In this document: piece after piece, positions 9,331 to 18,275 of the stretch
Layout: each line of letters opens with the position of its first letter
Position numbering within the stretch: the stretch's first letter is position 1
Assembly: GCA_041496385.1 (NCBI GenBank)
Contig: JBGQEL010000072.1
Coordinates: forward strand, 1 to 21,226
Reading direction: 5' to 3'
Length of the DNA stretch: 21,226 nt
Source: Candidatus Methylomirabilia bacterium
GTDB taxonomy: Bacteria; Methylomirabilota; Methylomirabilia; Rokubacteriales; CSP1-6
Notes under the pieces: generated by a model
The model's database searches: none
Seen by the model: the letters and a program-made list of their open reading frames with translations, nothing else
Told to the model about the DNA's origin: nothing
Program-made: the position numbers and the translations under genes

Positions 9331-9953
9331 GGGTGCTCATCGTCGACGACGAGCCCGTGGTCCGCCGTCTCCTCGAGACGTCGCTCGGCGCCTGGGACTA
9401 CGAGGTGGTCACCGCGCGCGGCGGCGAGGAGGCGTGGGAGATCCTGCAGCGCGACGACGCCCCCTCGCTCGCCATCCTGGACTGGACCATGCCCGGCCTC
9501 GACGGACTCGAGCTGTGCAAACGGGTGCGCGCGCTCGGCAAGCCGACCAAGCCCTACCTCATATTCGTGACGGCCCGGGCGCGGACCCAGGATATCGTCA
9601 CGGGGCTCGGCGCGGGCGCCGACGACTACATCGTCAAGCCCTTCCAGCGCGAGGAGCTGCGCGCGCGCGTTCAGGTGGGCGTGCGGATGCTCGAGCTGCA
9701 GCAGATGCTCGCCGAGCGCGTGCAGGAGCTCGAGCAGGCGCTCGCCCGCGTGAAGCAGCTCCAGGGGCTGCTCCCGATCTGCTCCTATTGCAAGAAGGTC
9801 CGGGACGACCAGAATTACTGGCAGCAGGTCGAGACGTACATCGAGGGTCACTCCGACGCGCAGTTCACCCACGGCATCTGCCCCGAGTGCCGCGAGAAGT
9901 ACGTCGAGCCCGAGCTGGAGAAGCTGCGCCAGCGCCAGCGCGACGGCGAGTAG
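9327..9953 (+). CDS. Response regulator: REC domain, coiled coil and C-terminal CxxC...HGICxxC module
   Basis: VLIVDD, ILDWTMPGLDG (phosphoacceptor Asp), FVTA and YIVKPF, followed by LLPICSYCKKVRDD..W..VE.Y...H....FTHGICPEC. ATGA overlap with the Hpt gene. Confidence 0.92.
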   Translation: MRVLIVDDEPVVRRLLETSLGAWDYEVVTARGGEEAWEILQRDDAPSLAILDWTMPGLDGLELCKRVRALGKPTKPYLIFVTARARTQDIVTGLGAGADDYIVKPFQREELRARVQVGVRMLELQQMLAERVQELEQALARVKQLQGLLPICSYCKKVRDDQNYWQQVETYIEGHSDAQFTHGICPECREKYVEPELEKLRQRQRDGE

Positions 9954-9965
9954 CACGCCGGGCCC

Positions 9966-10664
9966 TCAGGCGAGGTCGAAGAGCAGCACCTCCGCCGGCT
10001 CGACACCCGCGAGGGCGAGTGACGGCTCCCCCGTCACCCCCACCCCGTCGCCCGCTCCGAGCGCCTGGCTGTTCAGCGTGACCGCGCCCCGCGCGACCTG
10101 GAGCCACGCGTGCCGGCCGGTCGCGAGCGCGTGGGCGACCCGCTGGCCCGGCTCGAGCAGCGCCGCGAAGACGCGCGCGTCCGCGTGGATCGTCACCGAA
10201 CCCTCGGCGCCCGCGGGCGAGGCGATGAGCCGCAGGCGGCTCCGCCGATCCGTCTCTGGAAAATGCTTCTGCTCGTAACCGGGCGCGAGTCCGCGCGCCT
10301 TCGGCAGGATCCAGATCTGCAAGAGGTGCACGGGTTCGGTCGTGGATGGATTGAACTCGCTGTGGAGCACGCCCGTCCCCGCGCTCATGCGCTGCACGTC
10401 GCCGGGACGGATCACGGAGCCGGTTCCCATGCTGTCCTTGTGCTCGAGCGCGCCCTGCAGGATGTGGGTGAGGATCTCCATGTCGCGGTGGCCGTGGGTC
10501 GGGAAGCCCTGGCCCGGCTGCACGCGATCCTCGTTGATGACACGCAGGCCACGGAAGCCCATGTGGCCCCCATCGCGGTAGTCGCCGAACGAGAACGTAT
10601 GATACGTGTCGAGCCAGCCGTGGTCGAAATGGCCGCGCGCCTCGGCGCGCCGTACGGTGAGCAT
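9966..10664 (-). CDS. Pirin family protein (YhhW/quercetinase-like)
   Basis: HGWLDTYHTFSFGDY, LRVINED, HGHRDMEI, HKDSMG, MSAGTGVLHSE and LQIWI motifs. ATG 10664 is coupled (TGATG) to the upstream stop. Confidence 0.93.
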   Translation of the reverse strand: MLTVRRAEARGHFDHGWLDTYHTFSFGDYRDGGHMGFRGLRVINEDRVQPGQGFPTHGHRDMEILTHILQGALEHKDSMGTGSVIRPGDVQRMSAGTGVLHSEFNPSTTEPVHLLQIWILPKARGLAPGYEQKHFPETDRRSRLRLIASPAGAEGSVTIHADARVFAALLEPGQRVAHALATGRHAWLQVARGAVTLNSQALGAGDGVGVTGEPSLALAGVEPAEVLLFDLA

Positions 10665-11254
10665 CAGAGCACGCGGCACGCCTCGTCGAAGGCGAGGCGC
10701 GGGCTGCGCGGAAAGAGCTTCGCCGGATCGCCGGTGCCGAGGTTGCAGAGGAAGTTCGACCTGACGCGCCCGTCCGGGAAGAACTCGGCGTCCACCTTGG
10801 CGTTATCGAAGCCCGACATCGGGCCCGTATCGAGCCCCACCGCGCGCGCGGCCAGGATGAAGTAGGCACCCTGGAGCGAGCCGTTGCGGAAGGCCGTCGT
10901 GTGGGCGAAGGCGGCCTTGTCCTCGCCCGTGAACCAGCTCTGCGCGGCCGGGTTGTGCGGGAAGAGCCGCGGCAGCAGCTCGTGGAACCGCGTGTCGTAG
11001 CCGATGATCGCGGTGACCCGCGCGGCCATCGTCTTGTCGAGGTTGCCTGCGCTGAGCGCCGGCCGCAGCCGCTCCTTGGCCTCGCGGCTCCGGAGGAACA
11101 GGATGCGGGCCGGCGAGCAGTTGGCGCTCGTCGGTCCCATCTTCGCGAGCTCCCAGATCTGGCGCAGCTGGTCGTCCGACACGTCCTGGGGCTGCCAGCT
11201 GTTATGACTGCGGGCGGTACGGAACAGCACGTCGAGCGCGTGGCCGTCGAGCAT
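10664..11254 (-). CDS. Nitroreductase family protein, RutE/malonic semialdehyde reductase-like
   Basis: [54 protein letters not shown] and PRSPRL motifs. GGAGG RBS supports ATG 11254 over the track's 11299. Confidence 0.92.
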   Translation of the reverse strand: MLDGHALDVLFRTARSHNSWQPQDVSDDQLRQIWELAKMGPTSANCSPARILFLRSREAKERLRPALSAGNLDKTMAARVTAIIGYDTRFHELLPRLFPHNPAAQSWFTGEDKAAFAHTTAFRNGSLQGAYFILAARAVGLDTGPMSGFDNAKVDAEFFPDGRVRSNFLCNLGTGDPAKLFPRSPRLAFDEACRVL

Positions 11255-11305
11255 CGGGGGTCGCCTCCGGGCGCCGAGGATGACTAACTTTACTACCACT
11301 TCGGG

Positions 11306-11659
11306 CTAGGAACCCTCGCGACCCCGGTATGCTCGGGGCAGGTCGACGCTGACGTCCGCGGCCGGGCTCAGCCGGGGCACGTCGAGCTTGAGGCCGAGCT
11401 CGTCCATGGTGGCGCAGGCGTCCGGCGTGTGCAGGACGTTGGACATGAACGGGGCCCGGCGGACCGAGTCCTGCAGCCGGTAGGTGCAGGCGAGCTGTCG
11501 CCAGCTCCGTGCCTGCCGGCGCTGCTCGTAGCCCCAGGCCAGCGACAGCACGACCACGCTCAGGAGGCCGATGGCGCCGATCATCTTGATCGACGCCTCC
11601 ACCTCGGGGCGGAAGTATCTGAGGAATCCCGGTGCGCGCGTGCTTTCAAGCGTGACCAT
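11306..11659 (-). CDS. Hypothetical single-TM membrane protein (117 aa)
   Basis: Fills the gap between recognisable genes, has GC3-rich codons, one hydrophobic helix (MIGAIGLLSVVVLSLAWGY) and two Cys, and is preceded by a sigma-54-like promoter. Confidence 0.7.
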   Translation of the reverse strand: MVTLESTRAPGFLRYFRPEVEASIKMIGAIGLLSVVVLSLAWGYEQRRQARSWRQLACTYRLQDSVRRAPFMSNVLHTPDACATMDELGLKLDVPRLSPAADVSVDLPRAYRGREGS

Positions 11660-11676
11660 GACGTTCCGGTGTACTG

Positions 11677-11692
11677 AGCAAGGCCGATACCA
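11677..11692 (-). promoter_or_regulatory. Sigma-54 (-24/-12) promoter for the 117-aa gene
   Basis: Minus strand TGGTAT-CGGCC-TTGCT versus consensus TGGCAC-N5-TTGCW, with exact GG-N10-GC spacing, 17 nt before the ATG. Confidence 0.7.
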
Positions 11693-11766
11693 GTGGCGCG
11701 AACGTGCCGTAACCCGCAGAAATAGCGGGCGTTGTCAGGCTGGCGACGGCGCGAGTCGCGCGCCGC

Positions 11767-13224
11767 TCAGAGAAGATTCTTTCCGGGCGTGGCGAGGACC
11801 TTACCGGCCGCGGCCGCCTCGTACGTCCGGAGCCAGGGAAGCAACAGGAGAGGCGCCAATCCGAGCGCGCCGACCGTGATCATCAGCCGCCCGAGGCCCG
11901 AATAGTCCTGCTGGGTGACGGCGAACGCGGTGTTGAGGTAACGGGTGCCGAGCTCGCTCGCCGAGAGTGCCAGGTTCATGAGCGAGGCCATGATGGCGAA
12001 CATCGTCGCCTCGCCCCCGCGCGGCGCCGTCTTCGCGATCAGCACCAGCATCGGGACCATCGTGAGCTGGGCCAGCGGGGCCGCGATCGTCGTGTCGATG
12101 AACGCGAGCGTCCGCGCGCTGATCCCGAGCCAGGTGTGGAGCCCGTAGAAGAGGCCGATGTTGGGCAGGTAGAGGACGGCGCCGGCGACCACGACCCAGA
12201 AGAGCGTGTGGCTCACCGGCCGCCTCACGATCGTCTTCCGGAAGGCGAGCAGCCCCGCGAGGCTGAGCACCGAGCTCACCTGGGCGAGCAGGCCGAGGAA
12301 CTCCTGGTCGAAGCCGAGCGCGTCGATCGCCCAGTAGCTGTAGCCCTGGCCGACGCCGGGTGTCGCGCGGAACACGAAGATCACGATCGCGGCGACGGTG
12401 ACGGCGCGCGAGATGCCGATGCGCCGCAGGAGCAGCGCGATGAGCGTGGCGGAGACGAGGAGCACGAGCTCCTGGCCGAAGGGCACCGCGAGCACCTCGA
12501 GGACGACGCCGACCGCCGCGTAGGTGAGCCCCGCGCCCATGACGAGGCGGGCCTTGCCGCCGCCGAGCGGCCCGCCCTCGGCCTCGGGAGAGGGCGCGGC
12601 CAGCGCGCGCGGCGAGAGGCGGATGAACGGAACACTCGCCGCGACCAGGACGGGGAGCGCCATCGCCACCCCGAAGGTCGCGCGCGGGCCGATGTGCGCC
12701 GCGAGCCAGCCGGAGAGATAGCCGACGCTGATCCCGCCGCCGAGCACCGCGATCCGCCCGAGCGTCTGCACCTGGCCGATCTCCTCCTCCGTCTCGGCGA
12801 TCTGGACGCTGAGCGCGTCGGCGACGACGTCCTGGACCATGAAGCCGACGGCGATCAGGACCATCGCGGCGAGATACGCCCCCTTGCTGTGGACGAGCGT
12901 TGCCAGGGCGGCGTAGCCCGTGAGCGAGAGGAGCGCGCCGAGCAGGAGGTACGCGGCCCTGTGGCTGCCCAGGATCGGATAGCAGTCGGAGGCGACGCCC
13001 GCCACCATCTTCATGGACCACGGGAGCCCGAGCCAGAACCCGATGCCCGCGACCTCGGCGGGCGTCAGCGCCAGCGCCTCCTTCTGGAAGAAGACCAGCG
13101 CGACCCCGGTGATCGCGCTGGCGCCGAAGGCGAAGTAGGTCGCGAGCACAGGCAGGTAGGCCAGCCGGACCGTCCCGAGCGAGCGACGCAGCGCGGCGAT
13201 GGGGCGCCCGGCGGCTCGAAGCAT
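11767..13224 (-). CDS. BT1/FBT folate-biopterin transporter family (MFS-like)
   Basis: About 12 hydrophobic segments; LPWSMKM..G..SD.YPILG, QDVVADALSV, FRATP and APRGGEATMFAIMASLMN motifs typical of BT1. TAGGAT 6 nt upstream of the ATG. Confidence 0.8.
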   Translation of the reverse strand: MLRAAGRPIAALRRSLGTVRLAYLPVLATYFAFGASAITGVALVFFQKEALALTPAEVAGIGFWLGLPWSMKMVAGVASDCYPILGSHRAAYLLLGALLSLTGYAALATLVHSKGAYLAAMVLIAVGFMVQDVVADALSVQIAETEEEIGQVQTLGRIAVLGGGISVGYLSGWLAAHIGPRATFGVAMALPVLVAASVPFIRLSPRALAAPSPEAEGGPLGGGKARLVMGAGLTYAAVGVVLEVLAVPFGQELVLLVSATLIALLLRRIGISRAVTVAAIVIFVFRATPGVGQGYSYWAIDALGFDQEFLGLLAQVSSVLSLAGLLAFRKTIVRRPVSHTLFWVVVAGAVLYLPNIGLFYGLHTWLGISARTLAFIDTTIAAPLAQLTMVPMLVLIAKTAPRGGEATMFAIMASLMNLALSASELGTRYLNTAFAVTQQDYSGLGRLMITVGALGLAPLLLLPWLRTYEAAAAGKVLATPGKNLL

Positions 13225-13335
13225 GGCTTGATCCTACCCGACGCCGTCCAAGAATTTGCCGGAGCCGTCGTCAGTCGAAGGGGTGGGGGGAGCACGATGG
13301 ACGTGATTTCGCGGGGTTTTCCGGAACGGGACCCG

Positions 13336-13351
13336 TGGCAGAGGCCTTGCT
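13336..13351 (+). promoter_or_regulatory. Sigma-54 (-24/-12) promoter for the patatin gene
   Basis: TGGCAG-AGGCC-TTGCT with exact GG-N10-GC spacing, 15 nt before ATG 13367. It overlaps an alternative sigma-70 extended -10, TGcTAGAAT (13348-13356). Confidence 0.7.
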
Positions 13352-13366
13352 AGAATGGTACGTGAC

Positions 13367-14431
13367 ATGAACCTCTTACAGCGCGCGTTCGGGCTCTGGC
13401 GCTCCCGCGGTACCTCCCGCCACGCGCTGGCACTGGCAGGTGGCGGTGTGATCGGCGGCATGTACGAGGTCGGCGCGGTCACGGCCCTCGAGGAGCGGTT
13501 CAACGGCGCCTCGTGCTTCCACCTCTACATCGGCTGCAGCGCGGGCGCCGTGGTCGCCTCGCTGCTGGCGAACGGCGTCCGGGCGGCGGAGATCCTGCGC
13601 GTCGTCGACCAGGACCTCGAGGACCCGCTGAACTTCCGTCGCAACGCCGTCTTCGCGTCGGATTCGTTCCGCCACGCGGCCGGCCGCCTGGGGAGGCTCC
13701 TCTGGGCCGTCGGCAAGAACGCGATGAAGGGGTGGCGCGGCTCCGTCCCCGACATGCTCGCCCACGCCGAGCGCGACCTGCCGGCCGGCTTCTTCTCGCT
13801 CGCGGCCCTCGAGCGCTTCATGCGCGAGGCCTTCGAGAAGCGCGGGCTCACCAACGCGTTCCGCGAGCTCGACCGCACGCTGCTCATTCCGGCGATCGAT
13901 CTCGAGCACGCCCAGCGCGTGGTGTTCGGCAAGGACGATCTCCGCGACGTGCCGATCAGCCAGGCCGTGGCCGCCTCGTCGGCGATTCCCGGGTTCTTCG
14001 AGCCCTACGCGATCGACGGACGCGACTACGTGGACGGCGGCGTCGGCTTCAGCGGGCACGCCGACCTCGCCGCCGAGGCGGGTGCGACCGTGGTCGTCGT
14101 CGTCAACCCGCTCGTGCCGAACTACGAAACGGGCGTGACGCCGCTCCGGAACCGCGGCCTCTACGCGATCATGGAGCAGGCGGGCCGCATCTACAGCCAG
14201 AACCTCCTGCAGCTCGGCCTCACGACGCTGCGGGTGAAGTATCCGCGGACCGAGTTCTTCCTCATCCAGCCGTCGCAGGCGGACGCGCCCATGTTCGGGC
14301 CCTCGATGGGCTTCGAGGCCAGCCGCGCGGCCCTCCGCTTCGGCTACGAGTCCACGCGCGAGTGGCTCGCCGGCCAGGGCGCGCCGCTGCTCCGGCGTCT
14401 GCGGACGCGGCTCCAGGCCGCCGCCGTCTAG
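13367..14431 (+). CDS. Patatin-like phospholipase/esterase
   Basis: LALAGGGVIG oxyanion loop, GCSAG nucleophile, ASSAIPGFF and YVDGG catalytic Asp. Start 13367 is preferred because 13355 falls within the promoter elements. Confidence 0.92.
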   Translation: MNLLQRAFGLWRSRGTSRHALALAGGGVIGGMYEVGAVTALEERFNGASCFHLYIGCSAGAVVASLLANGVRAAEILRVVDQDLEDPLNFRRNAVFASDSFRHAAGRLGRLLWAVGKNAMKGWRGSVPDMLAHAERDLPAGFFSLAALERFMREAFEKRGLTNAFRELDRTLLIPAIDLEHAQRVVFGKDDLRDVPISQAVAASSAIPGFFEPYAIDGRDYVDGGVGFSGHADLAAEAGATVVVVVNPLVPNYETGVTPLRNRGLYAIMEQAGRIYSQNLLQLGLTTLRVKYPRTEFFLIQPSQADAPMFGPSMGFEASRAALRFGYESTREWLAGQGAPLLRRLRTRLQAAAV

Positions 14432-15830
14432 CCCGCCGCGCGCCGCGCGAGATTCCCGAGCCCGTCGTACGCCGCGTACTTGTAGGCGTCGCCGAGCGTC
14501 GGGTAGTTGAAGACCGCGTTGATGAAAGCGTCGATCGTCCCGCCGTGCAGGAGCACCATCAGCCCGACGTGCACCAGCTCGGACGCCGACTCGCCGAGCA
14601 CGTGCACGCCCAGTAGCGTCTTGTCGGGATAGCGGAAGACGAGCTTGAGCTGGCCCGCCAGGTCGCCGATGATTTGGCCCCGCGCGTTCGTCCGGTAGGC
14701 GGCGCGGCCCACGCATGCGTCGATCCCTTTTTCCCGGCACGACTCCTCCGTCTCGCCGACCATGGCGACCTCGGGAATGGTGTAGACGGCCAGCGGGAAG
14801 ATGGGCGCCACGCGCGTCTTGTACTTGAGATCGAACGCGTGGCACATCGCGACGCGCGCCTGCTCCATGGACGTCGCGGCGAGCGCGGGAAAGCCGATGA
14901 CGTCGCCGGCGGCGTAGACGTGCGGCACGACGGTCTGGTAGTGCGCGTTGACCGCGATGAGGCCGCGGTCATTCACCGGGATGCCGACCGTCTCGAGGCC
15001 GAGCCCGGTCGTGTTGCCGAAGCGGCCGGCGGCGAAGAGGACGGCGTCCACGTCGAGGGTTTCGCCGCTCCGGAGCTCGAGGGCCACGACGCCGGGCTGC
15101 GGGGTCACGCGGCCGACGCCGTCGCGCAGGCGCACCTGCACCCCGAGGAACTCCATCTGCATGCGCAGCCGCTCGGACATCTCGGCGTCCAGGAAAGAGA
15201 GCAGGCGGTCGCGCCCGTCCACCAGGATCACGCGGATGCCGAGCGCCGCGAAGATCGTCGCGTACTCGCAGCCGATGACGCCGGCGCCGACGACCGCCAG
15301 CGTGCGCGGCAGGTGGCGCATGTGGAGGATCTCGTCGCTGTCGTAGACGCGCGGGTCGTCGAAGGGGATGTCCGCGGGCCGGCTCGGCACCGAGCCCGTC
15401 GCGATCAGGACGACGTCGCCCTGGATCCGGCGGACGAAGTCGCCGTCCGTCGGCGCGACGGCGATCGTGTGGGCGTCCTCGAAGTGCGCGGCGCCCTGGA
15501 TCCGGTCGATCCGGTGACGCTCGATGTTCTCCCGCACGACCTCGCGCAGCGACTTCACGACCTCCTGCTCACGGTACATGAAGTCGCGCACGGTGAGGTC
15601 GGTCTTCAGCTTGTCGTCGACGCCGTAGAGCCCGCGCTGCTGGAGGCCCGAGAAGTAGAGGACGGTCTCGCGGAGCGTCTTGGAGGGGACGGTGCCCGTG
15701 TTGACGCCGGCGCCGCCCACGTGGAGCGCCTGCTCGACGAGCGCAACGCGCTTGCCGAAGTACGCCGCCTGCGCGGCGCCCTTCTCGCCCGCCGGCCCGG
15801 ATCCGATGACGACGAGGTCGTAGCGCTCCA

Positions 15831-15831
<1 letters not shown>
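14428..15831 (-). CDS. sthA: Soluble (Si-specific) NAD(P)+ transhydrogenase
   Basis: YDLVVIGSGPAG, TGTVPSKTLRE, YDSD, GAGVIGCEYA, AAGDVIGFPALA..SMEQAR, YTIPE and FNYPTL..AY motifs; 467 aa from GTG 15831, which overlaps the MFS TAG by one base. Confidence 0.92.
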
Positions 15832-17039
<1,208 letters not shown>

Positions 17040-17049
17040 GCGGGCGCGG

Positions 17050-18246
17050 CTATTCGATGACGCCCTTGTCGCGGAGGCGGCCGATGTCGGCCGCGCCGAG
17101 GCCGAGATCCTTCAGGACCGCCTCGGTATGCTCGCCCGCCAGCGGCGCCGCGCTCCGGATAGACCCCGGCGTGTCGGAGAGCTTGATCGCGATGCCGATC
17201 TGCCGTACGCGACCCTGGGTCGGGTGCTCGACGTCGACGATCATCTGCCGATGGTTGAGCTGGGGGTCGCGCACCATCTCCTCGATGTCGTAGACCTTGC
17301 CCACGCAGACGTCCGCCTTCACGAGCCGCTCGTACCAGTCGTCGCGATCGCGCGTCTTGATGATCGCCTCGATCTCGGCCCGGGCGGCCTCCTCCTCGGC
17401 GTTCGCGGCGCGCACGAACTGGTCGGGCTGGCGCGCGAAACGCGTGAGCTCGGGCCGGCCGATCGCCTTGCAGAAGTTTTCCCAGAGCCAGGGCTCGGTG
17501 CAGCCGATCGTCAGGAGCTTGCCGTCGCGCGTCTCGTAGATCGCGTAGTAGGGGTACGAGCCCCCAAGAAATCCCTCCCCGCGCTTGGGCGAGATACCGT
17601 CCGAGAAGAAGAAGCGCATGTTCGGCGTCGCCGCGAGCAGCGAGACGGTCGTGTCGAGATAGGCGACGTCCACGTGCTGGCCGCGCCCCGTGCGCTCGCG
17701 CGCGAAGAGCGCCAGCATGATGCCGAGCGCGCCGTGCAGGCTCGCCCCCGCGTAGTCCGCGACCAGGTTGAGCGGGATCACCGGCTTCTTGCTCCCGGCT
17801 TCACCGATCAGGTCGAGGACGCCGGCGAGCGACAGATAGTTCATGTCGTGCGCGGGATAGTCCCGGTACGGGCCGTCCTGACCGAAGCCGGAGAGCGAGC
17901 AGTAGACGAGGCGGGGGTTGAGCCTCGCGAGCGTCTCGTAGTCGGCGCCGAGCCGCTTCATCACGCCCGGCCTGAAGCCCTCCACGATCACGTCGGCGCC
18001 GGCGGCGAGCTTGCGGAAGAGCTCCCGCCCCTCGGGCGCCTTCATGTTGAGGCTCATCGAGCGCTTGTTGCGGTTGGTGAACGAGTGGATCGTCCGCCGC
18101 ACCCACTGGGCGTCGCTCGGCCGGTCGGGCTCGGGTGTCTCGATCTTCAAGACGTCCGCGCCGACGTCGGCCAGCATCATGCCGGGGAGCTCCGCCGGCG
18201 GCACCCGCGCCAGCTCGAGAATCTTGATCCCGTCGAGCACGCCCAT
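17050..18246 (-). CDS. CaiB/BaiF family III CoA-transferase / alpha-methylacyl-CoA racemase-like
   Basis: LDGIKILEL, GADVLKIE, NRNKRS, EGFRPGVMKRLG, SGFGQDGPY, AHDMNY and PLNLVADYAG motifs. AAGGAGAG RBS. Confidence 0.93.
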   Translation of the reverse strand: MGVLDGIKILELARVPPAELPGMMLADVGADVLKIETPEPDRPSDAQWVRRTIHSFTNRNKRSMSLNMKAPEGRELFRKLAAGADVIVEGFRPGVMKRLGADYETLARLNPRLVYCSLSGFGQDGPYRDYPAHDMNYLSLAGVLDLIGEAGSKKPVIPLNLVADYAGASLHGALGIMLALFARERTGRGQHVDVAYLDTTVSLLAATPNMRFFFSDGISPKRGEGFLGGSYPYYAIYETRDGKLLTIGCTEPWLWENFCKAIGRPELTRFARQPDQFVRAANAEEEAARAEIEAIIKTRDRDDWYERLVKADVCVGKVYDIEEMVRDPQLNHRQMIVDVEHPTQGRVRQIGIAIKLSDTPGSIRSAAPLAGEHTEAVLKDLGLGAADIGRLRDKGVIE

Positions 18247-18275
18247 GCGGTCTCTCCTTGGGAAGCGCCCGCCGG

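Noticed and set aside
11713..11729. Hairpin CCCGC-AGAAATA-GCGGG as an intrinsic terminator for the BT1 gene
   Set aside because: The stem is only 5 bp with no U-tract, and the sequence is better explained as the sigma-54-associated upstream element.
13280..13330. G-runs (GGGGTGGGGGG...GGGG...GGG) as a G-quadruplex
   Set aside because: Loops are long and irregular, and such runs are expected by chance at this GC content.
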